Positions 38,725 through 49,001 are shown, counted from the first letter of the stretch. The stretch: DNA of 64,000 nt from Candidatus Hodarchaeota archaeon (GCA_016840035.1 JAEOTC010000086.1:64001-128000); one strand, 5' to 3'. Numbers and translations are program-made. Notes: a model not told the origin generated them from the letters alone.

Positions 38725-39768
38725 TCACAAAGACCAGTAGTCCGTTAATTCGTTCTTCGAGTGTTGGATTGTTATTTTTGTCTCTGCTCTCGCAGTAAGC
38801 GCAGGATCTATTTTTCCTATCATCTTATTTTCTTTGATAAAAGGGGAAATATATGCTGAAACTAATTCGGGTAAAAGATTGATATTGTATCCTCCTTCCA
38901 AATAATGGGCGCACGGGATATTTAGAGTATTCGTGATTTCTTTAATTTTGCTACCAATATATGCAAACCCATCAGTTGTTACCCCCATAACTCCAATAGG
39001 ATCTCGTTCATACGCATCAAACCCTGCACTAATTGCTAAAAATTCAGGTTTAAACTGAGTAATTATGGGAGTGATAATCTCATCAAAACAAAGTTCAAGA
39101 TCTGCTTCAGAGGCTCTATACCCGAGAGGGATAGGAACGTTATATCCACGTCCTTCGCCTATTCCGATCTCGTCGGAAAATCCGCAACCAGGATAAGAGA
39201 TTCTAGGATCTGCATGTGTACTAATATATAGAATATTAGGATTTGCTTCAGTGATATAGGCTGTTCCATTTCCAAAATGATGATCAAAATCCAATATTGC
39301 GATTCGTTGATATTTTTTCTTATTAAGAGCGATTTGACTAGCTACAGCGATATTATTGAAAATACAGAATCCTTGAGGGGTGTGTTGAGTAGCATGGTGT
39401 CCTGGAGGACGTACAAGGCAAAAAACTGATGAATTTTTTGTACTCTCAAAGATTGCTTGAGTCCCAATTTGAACGGCTTGCATTGCTGCCTCATAGGAGT
39501 ACCTATTTGCCGCTGTGTCTGCATCGAAGTAAAAATGACCCTCATAATTTTTTGTCTTTTCAACTAATGTATGATAATCTTCTGTATGAACAGAGAGAAT
39601 GTCTGCCTTTTCAGCCATTTTGTCTGAAATCTCGAAGGAAATCGTATCACTTAAATTTGAATTAACCCACTTCTCAATCATTTCAATCCGTTGTGCTGAT
39701 TCGGGATGAAATCTCCCATTAGAATGCTTTTTTGCAAGGGAATTACGAATAAAACGGACTGAATTCAA
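38725..39768 (-). CDS. Histone deacetylase family (AcuC/HdaI) protein
   Basis: HPESAQR, VRPPGHHA, GFCIFNN, DFDHHFGNGT, SAGFDA, LEGGY. Confidence 0.95.
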   Translation of the reverse strand: MNSVRFIRNSLAKKHSNGRFHPESAQRIEMIEKWVNSNLSDTISFEISDKMAEKADILSVHTEDYHTLVEKTKNYEGHFYFDADTAANRYSYEAAMQAVQIGTQAIFESTKNSSVFCLVRPPGHHATQHTPQGFCIFNNIAVASQIALNKKKYQRIAILDFDHHFGNGTAYITEANPNILYISTHADPRISYPGCGFSDEIGIGEGRGYNVPIPLGYRASEADLELCFDEIITPIITQFKPEFLAISAGFDAYERDPIGVMGVTTDGFAYIGSKIKEITNTLNIPCAHYLEGGYNINLLPELVSAYISPFIKENKMIGKIDPALTARAETKITIQHSKNELTDYWSL

Positions 39769-39965
39769 GATCTAGATCACTTTCCTTCTGAATTATCCAA
39801 TAGAATGAATTCGACTTGAATGAGGAATATAAAATTTTTTGAATATTGACATTTACCTTTAATAAGTAAAGATTTAATTATCTTATCAAAGGTTTCTACA
39901 TAGCTTAGATAATTATCTCAAAATACTTTCGAATAGAATATAATCAATGGAGAGAAACTCAAACT

Positions 39966-40448
39966 ATGGCTGGAAAAAGGATTGTAATCAAAAGCATTCA
40001 TTGCTCTCTAAATCCCTCCAACCAAGAAAAATCTCCAGGATTCCAAGTTACTGGTTACAAAGAGTTAAAAACTGAAGAGGGATCAGAAAAGATTGGTTTT
40101 ATCATTTCAGGCATTAGAATTTTAATTTTTCAACAAATCAAAAACTTAGGTGTTCGAACACGTATTAAATGGATCTCTAAAGGTTTCGAAATCAGAGAGG
40201 AAATCCATCCAATATCAGAGGTCGTTGCTGACCCGCAGAGAAAGAATAATATACTATTTGTCAGCAAAGATGATAATTCAATGGTAGTTATGCAAGGAGA
40301 ACCCGTTTTGAGGGATAATGGATTCGTAGGTCAGATAATCAATGTTAGTTGGGAGATGAGTGAGGTTTTAGTGTTACCACATAATAATACTATTTTTCAT
40401 TGTGTCCTAGATCCAAAAAATAGCCGTATAGATTGTATTGTGAAATAA
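39966..40448 (+). CDS. Hypothetical beta-rich protein
   Basis: 160-aa ORF filling the gap; no motif recognised. Confidence 0.65.
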   Translation: MAGKRIVIKSIHCSLNPSNQEKSPGFQVTGYKELKTEEGSEKIGFIISGIRILIFQQIKNLGVRTRIKWISKGFEIREEIHPISEVVADPQRKNNILFVSKDDNSMVVMQGEPVLRDNGFVGQIINVSWEMSEVLVLPHNNTIFHCVLDPKNSRIDCIVK

Positions 40449-40506
40449 GAATGGATTCAAAAATTAGTTTTTTTAGACCTTTTGAATTCAAATGAAAGCT
40501 TTTGGA

Positions 40507-40878
40507 TTAGTTAATTACGATAGAGTCAATTGTTGCTTCTGTACCAGAGATAATATCTGTTGCATAACTCTGACATTTCGGGCATCTAAACACAGGAGCT
40601 AGTTCAGTATGCTTTTGGGGAATGTCTTCAATTTTTCCCTCAAAGCTGCACTGCTGGCATTTAAGTACACCTGAAATCCAGATGATTTCTAGTTCTGTTT
40701 GTTCAAGTAATTCCGACTCTTTTTGAAGAATGTCAAAACAAAACCTAAATTGATCTTCCTCAATTAGAGCAAATGTCCCGAATTTAAGTATAACTTTCTT
40801 AATTTCTTTTGCTCCTTGTTTTTTTGCAATTGAAATAACAGTTTCTTGTACTGATTGAGCCAGAGAGAATTCATGCAT
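40507..40878 (-). CDS. hypA: Hydrogenase nickel metallochaperone HypA
   Basis: MHEFSLA, CQQC...CPKC. Confidence 0.95.
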   Translation of the reverse strand: MHEFSLAQSVQETVISIAKKQGAKEIKKVILKFGTFALIEEDQFRFCFDILQKESELLEQTELEIIWISGVLKCQQCSFEGKIEDIPQKHTELAPVFRCPKCQSYATDIISGTEATIDSIVIN

Positions 40879-40948
40879 AGAGGATCATTTTATCTCTCAC
40901 AGAAGAGATAAAAAAAACTCTTTCTCTTTTTTAAAACAAGGATTACAC

Positions 40949-41599
40949 ATGCCCCGAGTAATTAATATCTCAATTGATCAGAAGATTCAAGAAAAAAATG
41001 ATCTTATCGCAAGTAGAATTCGCCAGAAAAGACAAGAATTAGATATTCCAATGATTGACATAATGGGAAGCGTTGGATCTGGAAAAACTTCGATCCTAGA
41101 GTACTTCTCACGAGAATATTCTATCGATAAGAAATTACTTGTTATTAATGGAGATCTTGCAACGGATATTGATGCACAAAGAATTAGTCGATTTGGAAGC
41201 AAATGTATTCAGATTAATACAGGACGAGGGTGTCATCTCATGGCGTTTCAGATTGAACAGGCTCTTAACGCACTAGATATTGCAGAATATGATTTTATTT
41301 TTGTTGAAAATGTCGGAAATTTAATTTGTCCCTCATCAACAGATGTTGGGGCCGATAAGAAAATTACTGTTACCAGTGTTACAGAGGGACCATATGTGTT
41401 TCGAAAACATCCTGTTACTTTTAGAATGAGCGATTTAGCAATTCTTAATAAGGTTGATTTGGCCTCAGCAATGGATGTAAATATTGAGGAAATCATTAAT
41501 GGATCTAAAGAACTGTACCCTCAACTAGAGGTAGTTCCTACGAGTACGAAAACTGGAGTAGGGATGGACATCTTCGCAAAGAAGATTGGTCTGAATTAA
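40949..41599 (+). CDS. hypB: Hydrogenase nickel incorporation GTPase HypB
   Basis: GSVGSGKTS, QINTGRGCHL, ENVGNLICP, NKVDL. Confidence 0.96.
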   Translation: MPRVINISIDQKIQEKNDLIASRIRQKRQELDIPMIDIMGSVGSGKTSILEYFSREYSIDKKLLVINGDLATDIDAQRISRFGSKCIQINTGRGCHLMAFQIEQALNALDIAEYDFIFVENVGNLICPSSTDVGADKKITVTSVTEGPYVFRKHPVTFRMSDLAILNKVDLASAMDVNIEEIINGSKELYPQLEVVPTSTKTGVGMDIFAKKIGLN

Positions 41600-41673
41600 T
41601 TTTAAATTGCTGGCCAAAGACTAAAGAATTAATAAAGTAACCAAGAAAAAAGAAAGAATATCCTCGGATTTTT

Positions 41674-42960
41674 TTAAAAAAGTCCTAGGAATTTCTTTTT
41701 ACGAGTTTTTCCTTCTCCAGAGTCTTCTTCCCCTTCTATTGAGAACCGTGCGGAAGGTAGACTATTTCTTAGATCGTCTTCACCTCGGTTTTTTGAGGAA
41801 ATAACCGAGAATGGTGAATCTAAATCAGCGAGAAGTGATTCTAGATCACTTTTTGAATAATAAAGTCCTTCGTTCTCTGTTAGGGGTGAATGCACATCAC
41901 TTAATACTACAATTACTCGAATTTTATTACCAAGATCTGGATCAATGGTTGCTCCCCAAATGATTTCTGCAGAATTATCTATCTCAGTTGCAATTTTCAT
42001 TACTGCTTCTTCTGCATCCTTTAAAGCAAGGCCTTCTCCACCAGATACGCATATAAGTCCTTTTTTAGCCCGACTAATATCTAGATCATCCAGCAAAGGA
42101 TTTCTTAATGCTTCATAGACTGCCTCATCTACTTTCATTGATTGATGATCGGATTCTCCTAATCCAATCATTGCCATTCCACCTTCCGTTAAAATCTTTT
42201 TAACATCCGCAAAATCTAAGTTGATGAGCTGTGGTTTTGTTATCAGTTCTGTAATAGCCATCACCGCTCTTAAAAGGACAGCATCAGCTATTCGGAAAGC
42301 AGCCATCATCGTAATGTCATCAGAAAGTTGAAGTAGTTTCTCATTTGGTACGACAATAACAGTATCGGAAGCTTCATACAACTTCTTCAAACCTTGTCGT
42401 GCGTTTTCATATCTCTTGACTCCTTCCATTTGAAACGGCAATGTGCAAATAGATACAGTTAATGCTCCTTTTTCTTTCGCTTGCCTTGCAATTACGTGAG
42501 CGGCTCCTGTACCTGTTCCACCACCTAATCCGCAAGTAATAAAAATCATATTTGCGTTTAATGTACTCTTAATTTCTTCTAAGGATTCACGAGCAGCTGT
42601 TTCCCCAATTTCAGGATTATTTCCGGCTCCAAATCCCCTAGAAGTGTCTTTTCCAATAAGTAGTTTTTTATGTGCTCGTGTTGATAACAAGTGTTGAGCA
42701 TCAGTGTTTACTGCAACGCATTCGGCATCTACTTCCGTATTCATGAGTCGAAAGATCGCATTATTACCTGCACCTCCAACTCCCACAACTTGGACTTTAG
42801 GTAGCCGTTCAGTCAAGATATCCGCTATTTCGTCATCAATTTTAGGAGGAGATGGAATAAACTGTGTTGTTCGTTCCCTTTTTACCTCTCCTAGATTTTT
42901 GAACGACCCTGTTCCACTCAGAGCATCTTTTAAAATTGATTCCATTGGGTTAGCCTTCAT
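41674..42960 (-). CDS. ftsZ: Cell division protein FtsZ
   Basis: [50 protein letters not shown]. Confidence 0.96.
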   Translation of the reverse strand: MKANPMESILKDALSGTGSFKNLGEVKRERTTQFIPSPPKIDDEIADILTERLPKVQVVGVGGAGNNAIFRLMNTEVDAECVAVNTDAQHLLSTRAHKKLLIGKDTSRGFGAGNNPEIGETAARESLEEIKSTLNANMIFITCGLGGGTGTGAAHVIARQAKEKGALTVSICTLPFQMEGVKRYENARQGLKKLYEASDTVIVVPNEKLLQLSDDITMMAAFRIADAVLLRAVMAITELITKPQLINLDFADVKKILTEGGMAMIGLGESDHQSMKVDEAVYEALRNPLLDDLDISRAKKGLICVSGGEGLALKDAEEAVMKIATEIDNSAEIIWGATIDPDLGNKIRVIVVLSDVHSPLTENEGLYYSKSDLESLLADLDSPFSVISSKNRGEDDLRNSLPSARFSIEGEEDSGEGKTRKKKFLGLF

Positions 42961-43079
42961 TTGTGTTATGTACCAATAACCGACAAAAATATTATAGGAT
43001 AGGGTAATATGTTCATATTATGTAAATGAAGTATCAATAAATACCATTAAACGGGAGGGGAAGAAGAGAAGGAAATGAA

Positions 43080-43182
43080 TGGGTTCGAGGGGAATTTCGT
43101 TATACTTTAAGTAAGCATAAGTTCGAACCCCTGAACTCGTGCACCCCAGGCACGGATCCTAGCCAAGCTAGACCACGAACCC
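43080..43182 (-). tRNA. tRNA-Pro(GGG) with a 28-nt T-loop intron at 59/60 (43094-43121)
   Basis: GGGTTCG/CGAACCC; CGTGC-CTGGGGT-GCACG; BHB TTCG-AAC / CGAA-ATT. Confidence 0.94.
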
Positions 43183-43398
43183 TTAGTGTATTGGTTGTAT
43201 TCATAGAATTCTTTAGAAAAATATTCTTAAAATCCTGTACACACATCAGTAAGATATTGATTAGTAGATCAACACTACTTGACGGCATTTACCTCTCAAT
43301 ACTAAAGAAATTAAAAGTTGTTCTATTATCTAGATGGTTCATTTCAATTGCGAAAAGAGATATGAAAGACGACTAAGATGTATTAAATATTAAGTTAA

Positions 43399-44526
43399 TT
43401 GTGGAGATGGATCATAAGCATGGAACATCAATCAAAAATCAAACCTAAGCAAGAATCATTCACGAGATCTGCACCTAAGATGGATAAATTGATTTTATCA
43501 CCCGTAGGTTATCCGTTGAAAGCGGGAGATGAATCATCCCCATATTTATCAACCGATGATCCCTCCTTATTTCAACACTATGCTCGAAGTCAATGGGTTG
43601 GTCTAGTAGTAAAGGAAGGAAATTTCTTGTTCGATTCTCTCATTTTTCCTGATTACGCGTTTCGTGCAGTTACTGTAGAACCTAAAGAGTCTCAGATAAC
43701 TAAGAAAACCAAAATTTTTCTATACTCTGAACAGAAAGCTGATCCTGGAAGCAAAATCTTTCAACAACACACTACATTTGCTGAAATAATTGGTCAAAAT
43801 CAGGCAAAGGAAAAATGTCAAATCATAGGAAAATTTCTAAGGAATGACGATTTGATGAATTCTCCTTGGGCTCCCAAAAATATACTGTTCTGGGGTCCAC
43901 CAGGTAATGGGAAAACTATGATGGCCAAAGCCCTTTCTCATGAAATTAAGAGTTCAATGTTCCTAATAAAAGCAAGTGATTTACTTGGTATTTATGTGGG
44001 TGATGGAGCAAGAAAAATAAAAAATTTATTTTACGAAGCAAGAAGATCAACTCCAGCCATTATATTCATTGATGAACTCGACTCAATCGCGCTTAAAAGG
44101 AATTTCCAAAGTATTAGAGGAGATGTTGTTGAGCTGGTTAGCGCATTATTAGGTGAAATGGATGGAATTGCAAGCAATCACGGAATTATTACTATTGGTT
44201 CAACGAATCAACCGAATATGCTAGATTCAGCCATCTTGAGTAGATTTGAGGATTTGATCGAATTCAAATATCCAAATTCTTCTGAACGAGAACAAATACT
44301 GACATTATATGCCAATCAATCCCCAATCCCATTCGTTGATATTTCGTGGGATATTATTGGTCAAGAAACAACTGAATGGTCAGGAAGAGACCTAAAAGAA
44401 AAAATAATCAAAGGTGCTATTCATCATGCAGTTTTAACTGATCGTTCTAAAATTACGATGCAGGAATTGACTGATTCAATACAAAAAGCTAATCTCTTCA
44501 GCGAGAACTTAACATACTACTCTTAA
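43399..44526 (+). CDS. Archaeal AAA+ ATPase (COG1223-like); start probably 43420
   Basis: FQHYARSQW.G, WAPKNILFWGPPGNGKT, IFIDELD, RGDVVELVSALL, SGRDLKEK. Confidence 0.9.
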   Translation: MWRWIISMEHQSKIKPKQESFTRSAPKMDKLILSPVGYPLKAGDESSPYLSTDDPSLFQHYARSQWVGLVVKEGNFLFDSLIFPDYAFRAVTVEPKESQITKKTKIFLYSEQKADPGSKIFQQHTTFAEIIGQNQAKEKCQIIGKFLRNDDLMNSPWAPKNILFWGPPGNGKTMMAKALSHEIKSSMFLIKASDLLGIYVGDGARKIKNLFYEARRSTPAIIFIDELDSIALKRNFQSIRGDVVELVSALLGEMDGIASNHGIITIGSTNQPNMLDSAILSRFEDLIEFKYPNSSEREQILTLYANQSPIPFVDISWDIIGQETTEWSGRDLKEKIIKGAIHHAVLTDRSKITMQELTDSIQKANLFSENLTYYS

Positions 44527-44584
44527 ACACAATTAAATTTCCTCTATTCATTAAAGTTTACTGATTAATAATGGATATCTACTT

Positions 44585-45706
44585 ATGAATCCAAAACAAC
44601 TATCAGAGTTTTTCTGTTTTCTATCTGGAGAGAATCCAGATCTTGCCCGATTTGAATTAGAAAGTATAATTCTTTCTCAGGGCAAGAAAATCTTTTTGGA
44701 AGCGACCAATGACACACGAATTGTTAATATAAGAATGCAGAAAACAATGAAATCTGTAGAGGAACTTTATTACATCCAAAATTTAATTAAACGAGCAACA
44801 CTTGTTCACTGTTGTTGTAAAGCTTATTTTCAGGTTGAATACAAAGATAATCAGCTCAACGATTTTGAAAGGTTAGTTGACTCATTTAAAAGTGATTATA
44901 TACCAAAGTTAAACCCCTCATCTTCCTTTTGCGTGAGAACTAGACGTATAAGAAATCCTGAAGGGATTCTGAAACAATCTCAAATTACTCAAGAGATTAC
45001 CAATTATTTCGGTTCAAAGATTTTGGAGCAGTATCCATCAAAGAAAGTTAATCTAAAGAATCCTGAAGAGATTTATCGGGTAATAGTTAGTAAGAATGGA
45101 TTATGGTTTGGATTACACGTTTTTGATTCTTTACGGAAGATAGTCAGAAAACGAACTGCAAGAAATCGTCCTTTTTTCCATCCAAGTTCAATGAATCCTA
45201 TTCTACAAAGAACTTTGGTTAATCTTACAGCAATAAAGGAAGGTCAATGGTTATTGGATCCATTCTGCGGAACTGGAGGGGCTTTACTTGAAGGTTCAAG
45301 ACTAGGATTCAAATGTGTTGGAATTGAAATCGATCGTCGAATTGTATGGGGAGCGATCAGGAATCTAAAATCGGATGTAGAAACCAAAAGATTAACTAAT
45401 CTCATATTTGGAGACGCACTTCATTTAGGATTCAAATTAGGGGCTATTTCTGCTGTTGTAACCGATCCTCCGTACGGAACTGCCGCATCTACACAAGGAT
45501 ATGACTTGAGTGATCTTCTTTTACGATTTTTCCAAGAAGCAAAAGCAATTCTTCCACCTCAAAGCAGATTAGTAATTTCAATTCCTTCCACTGTTGATCT
45601 CGAAGATAGGGCGGCCGAAATTCTCAACGCTTCATATCGAGCATTTCATCAGTATGTCCATCGCTCTTTGACAAGGAAAATTCTTGTTTTCACATTACTC
45701 AATTAA
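44585..45706 (+). CDS. THUMP-domain tRNA m2G10 methyltransferase (Trm11/Trm-G10)
   Basis: LSGENPDLA, RPFFHPSSM, LDPFCGTGG, VTDPPYG, VHRSLTR. Confidence 0.9.
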   Translation: MNPKQLSEFFCFLSGENPDLARFELESIILSQGKKIFLEATNDTRIVNIRMQKTMKSVEELYYIQNLIKRATLVHCCCKAYFQVEYKDNQLNDFERLVDSFKSDYIPKLNPSSSFCVRTRRIRNPEGILKQSQITQEITNYFGSKILEQYPSKKVNLKNPEEIYRVIVSKNGLWFGLHVFDSLRKIVRKRTARNRPFFHPSSMNPILQRTLVNLTAIKEGQWLLDPFCGTGGALLEGSRLGFKCVGIEIDRRIVWGAIRNLKSDVETKRLTNLIFGDALHLGFKLGAISAVVTDPPYGTAASTQGYDLSDLLLRFFQEAKAILPPQSRLVISIPSTVDLEDRAAEILNASYRAFHQYVHRSLTRKILVFTLLN

Positions 45707-46119
45707 TGAATCTAATTCTTTATTTGACGATTGGAATTCCTTCTAAAGAAAGATACGAAGAATATTATTGGATAAACAACATGAAAACAGGACTGATATC
45801 GTAGATTATTATTTCTGAATTAAATTTGAATATCAATAATGTAATCCTCCTCTTAAATGATAATTACTTTTGATTAGCTATAAATCTCGTGAAAACTACT
45901 GTGATAAAGAAGATAGCCCCCCTAATTCCAGTGAATATATTTTCCACCTTTAGTTCGACTTCATGAAACCTAGTCATTTAAAAGAATTCAATGGAAGAGG
46001 GTCATAAGAAGACGTGAAAGAACAAATGTTTTCTTAATCCTTTAATGATGTTTAGCGTATTCTAAACTCTTTATGAACGGACTAGCAAGTACATCTATGA
46101 AGTCCAGCTCTCTAAGAAG

Positions 46120-48057
46120 TTGAATGAAATTATGGAAAAGACCGAGAGTGAATCGATTGAGGTTGATATGGAATTTGAAACAACACGTGATATTCCTATT
46201 CCCTCGAGATTAGTTGATCAAGTTATTGGTCAAGAACCATCAGTTGCAATTATAAAAAAAGCTGCAATCCAAAGAAGAAATGTCTTGCTCATCGGTGACC
46301 CTGGCACAGGGAAATCAATGTTAGGGCAAGCTCTAGCCGAATTACTTCCACGTGAAGAACTAGAAGATATATTATGTCTACCTAACCAAAATGATTCACA
46401 CACTCCACGAATCATGACAGTACCAGGAGTGGAAGGAAGAAAGATTGTAGATCATTACAAACAACTTGCCCGTAAAACTGATCAACAAAGGAGTATGTTG
46501 TTATTAGGTATTCCAGCCCTTGTTATTCTCGTCGGGTTAGCTCTCCAGGTTACTAACCCAGAGGGTAATCCTATACTGTTTGCGATTTTAGTTGCTCTTG
46601 TAGCCTTTTTTGTAATTGGTCAATTTCGGTCAAGAAGAGAAAATCTAGTTCCAAAATTACTTGTAGATAATTCTGAAAGCAATAGCGCGCCGTTTAACGA
46701 TGCGACAGGGGCACACGCAGGAGCTCTCCTAGGAGATGTAAGACATGATCCCTTTCAATCAGGTGGATTAGGAACTCCAGCCCATGATCGTGTTGAGGCA
46801 GGCTTAATTCATAAATCTCACAAAGGTGTACTGTATATTGATGAAGTAGCTACATTAAATCAGAAAACCCAACAACAATTATTGACTGCTATGCAAGATC
46901 GACAGTTGTCAATCACAGGACGATCTGAACTTTCGAGTGGTGCAATGGTACGGACCGAAGCGGTTCCATGCGATTTTGTTTTAGTCGCATCGGGGAATAT
47001 TGATACAGTAAGACGAATGCATCCTGCTTTGAGGTCTAGAATCCGTGGTTATGGATACGAAATTGCTGTAAATCATGTAATGAAAGATACTATGGAGAAT
47101 CGAAGGAAATTAGTTAGATTTGTAGCTCAAGAAATAACAAATGATGGAAAAATCCCTCATTTCTCACGAGCTGCAGTTCTTGCAATTATTCTCGAGTCTA
47201 AGAAACGAGCTGATAGAAAACACCACCTAACATTACGTCTTCGTGATTTAGGTGGAATGATCAGGGCTGCGGGAGATTTAGCACGAGAAGAAGGAGTTCC
47301 ATTTGTTGAAGCTCGACATGTATTTGCGTCACGAAATCTTGCTCGTTCACTAGAAAATCAGATAGCTGATAAGCAAATAGAACGCAAAAAAGAATATAAA
47401 ATATTTGAAACAGTAGGAAATATAATAGGCCGTGTGAATGGACTAGCTGTAATGGCTGGTGATTCTGGTGCAGCACGTGGTGGACATATCACTCCTATCG
47501 AAGCCACAGTAACTCCTGCTCAAGGCACAGGAGGAAGAGTGATCGCTACAGGAAGTTTACGGGTAATTGCTCGTGAATCCGTGCAAAATGTCTCTGCTTG
47601 GTTCAAAAAATATGCTGGAACTGATATACGAAATCTTGACTTTCATATCCAATTCCTAGGAGTTCACGGTATAGATGGAGATAGCGCAAGTATTACTATC
47701 GCTACTGCAATTATGAGTGATTTAGAAGGTTTACCTGTTAGACAAGATCTTGCAATGACTGGATCTTTCTCTGTGCGGGGAACTGTATTACCTATTGGAG
47801 GAGCAACCGCAAAGATTGAAGGGGCTTATGAAGCGGGGGTCAAAGAAGTTATTATTCCAAGAACAAATCTTGAAGATGTAGTTTTAGAAGATAAAATAAG
47901 AGAAGCAGTCAAAATTCATCCTGTAGAAACATTGGAAGAGGTTTTATCAATTGCCCTTGTAGGTTGGAGCACTAGAAGTCGAGATATCGAACTTGATCCG
48001 TCTACTAAACTACAAGGAATGAGATCATCTCGCAAATCCTTAGGGTTTCCAAGTTAA
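46120..48057 (+). CDS. lonB: Membrane-anchored Lon protease (LonB)
   Basis: DQVIGQE, GDPGTGKS, two TMs, GDVRHDPFQSGG, DGDSAS, MTGS, KIEGA. Confidence 0.96.
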   Translation: MNEIMEKTESESIEVDMEFETTRDIPIPSRLVDQVIGQEPSVAIIKKAAIQRRNVLLIGDPGTGKSMLGQALAELLPREELEDILCLPNQNDSHTPRIMTVPGVEGRKIVDHYKQLARKTDQQRSMLLLGIPALVILVGLALQVTNPEGNPILFAILVALVAFFVIGQFRSRRENLVPKLLVDNSESNSAPFNDATGAHAGALLGDVRHDPFQSGGLGTPAHDRVEAGLIHKSHKGVLYIDEVATLNQKTQQQLLTAMQDRQLSITGRSELSSGAMVRTEAVPCDFVLVASGNIDTVRRMHPALRSRIRGYGYEIAVNHVMKDTMENRRKLVRFVAQEITNDGKIPHFSRAAVLAIILESKKRADRKHHLTLRLRDLGGMIRAAGDLAREEGVPFVEARHVFASRNLARSLENQIADKQIERKKEYKIFETVGNIIGRVNGLAVMAGDSGAARGGHITPIEATVTPAQGTGGRVIATGSLRVIARESVQNVSAWFKKYAGTDIRNLDFHIQFLGVHGIDGDSASITIATAIMSDLEGLPVRQDLAMTGSFSVRGTVLPIGGATAKIEGAYEAGVKEVIIPRTNLEDVVLEDKIREAVKIHPVETLEEVLSIALVGWSTRSRDIELDPSTKLQGMRSSRKSLGFPS

Positions 48058-48175
48058 GGATGGATATGGATCTTTTTCCCTTAGAATCCTCGGATAGCAA
48101 AACTTAGCTTAAGATTAATTAAATCAAAGAGAAGTTTTTCAAAACCATTCACAGGTGTCATCTTATAATAAGTAT

Positions 48176-48283
48176 GGATCCGTGGCTTAGCCAGGATAAA
48201 GCTTTTATACATGTAGAGCTTCTAGAAAGAGCGGCGGCCTTCTAAGTCGCAGGTCGGGGGTTCAAATCCCCTCGGATCCGCCA
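48176..48283 (+). tRNA. tRNA-Arg(UCU) with a 30-nt D-loop intron (48198-48227) and encoded CCA
   Basis: GGATCCG/CGGATCC-G-CCA; GCGGC-CTTCTAA-GTCGC; relaxed BHB in the D-loop. Confidence 0.93.
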
Positions 48284-48301
48284 TCCAGTATTATTGAATT
48301 A

Positions 48302-48435
48302 GGACTCGTAGCTCAGCATGGATAGGGTGTCTGTTAATACAGACCTTCTGTAGAGAGCATCTGCCTCCTATTGAATTCGCTTTAGCGACTCAGAGAGAAA
48401 GCAGAGGGCCGGGGGTTCAAATCCCCTCGAGTCCG
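48302..48435 (+). tRNA. tRNA-Arg(CCU) with two introns: D-loop (48324-48353) and canonical 37/38 (48371-48399)
   Basis: GGACTCG/CGAGTCC; TCTGC-CTCCTA[intron]A-GCAGA; BHB ATGG-ATA / CTGT-AGA. Confidence 0.92.
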
Positions 48436-48486
48436 CTCCTTCGATTCAAAAACTTTTAGATTTTTTTTATTGTTTTAATGTTAATA

Positions 48487-48589
48487 GAGCCCTTCGCTTA
48501 GCATGGATAGAGTGCTTGCCTCCGGAGCAAGGATTATCTATTTCATGATCCTCCGTAAGAGGTCGTGAGTTCAAATCTCACAGGGCCCG
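48487..48589 (+). tRNA. tRNA-Arg(CCG) with a ~28-nt intron in the 3' anticodon-stem strand; A2-C71 mismatch
   Basis: GAGCCCT/AGGGCCC; CTTGC-CTCCGGA-GCAAG with the stem strand repeated as GTAAG 28 nt later; GTGAG-TTCAAAT-CTCAC. Confidence 0.87.
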
Positions 48590-48770
48590 TTATCAAAAAA
48601 ACCTCTCATCAGTCTCCCCTACTTTTAAGATTTTTCCGTAAAACTAGAGTTTCTTGGGTTCCCATGAACCCTACTTGTGCCAGAATAATAAAAACGAGTG
48701 TTAATCTTCTAGATATGGCATTATCTGAGGATTTTCTGGGGGCATCTATCCGTAGACAACATACTAATGT

Positions 48771-49001
48771 TTATTTTTTAGAGCCGAGGAACCAATCTAA
48801 GTAATCTCGCTCTTTGCGCCGTTTTTTGTCATCTTGCTCATTTTCGGTAATTTGAGCATCATACACGACTTCTTTCTGTTTATCGTGCATTCTTTCATAT
48901 TCACGACGACGTAATGCTAACCCACATACTGTACAGACATAGAAGGGAGAATTCCATTTTGCTAATCCTCCGCATTCAGGACATTTTGCGATTATTTCCA
49001 C
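48771..49001 (-). CDS. Small Zn-ribbon protein
   Basis: CPECGG...YVCTVCGL; C-terminal DYLDWFL. Confidence 0.75.
   Translation of the reverse strand: MEIIAKCPECGGLAKWNSPFYVCTVCGLALRRREYERMHDKQKEVVYDAQITENEQDDKKRRKERDYLDWFLGSKK

Noticed and set aside
43100-43376. Short ORFs 43100-43288 and 43191-43376
   Set aside because: They overlap tRNA-Pro and its promoter
45707-46119. Possible small or degenerate minus-strand ORF (37 aa from ATG 45977)
   Set aside because: Too short and interrupted by stops; nothing recognisable
48565-48804. 79-aa plus-strand ORF
   Set aside because: Starts inside the tRNA-Arg(CCG) T-arm
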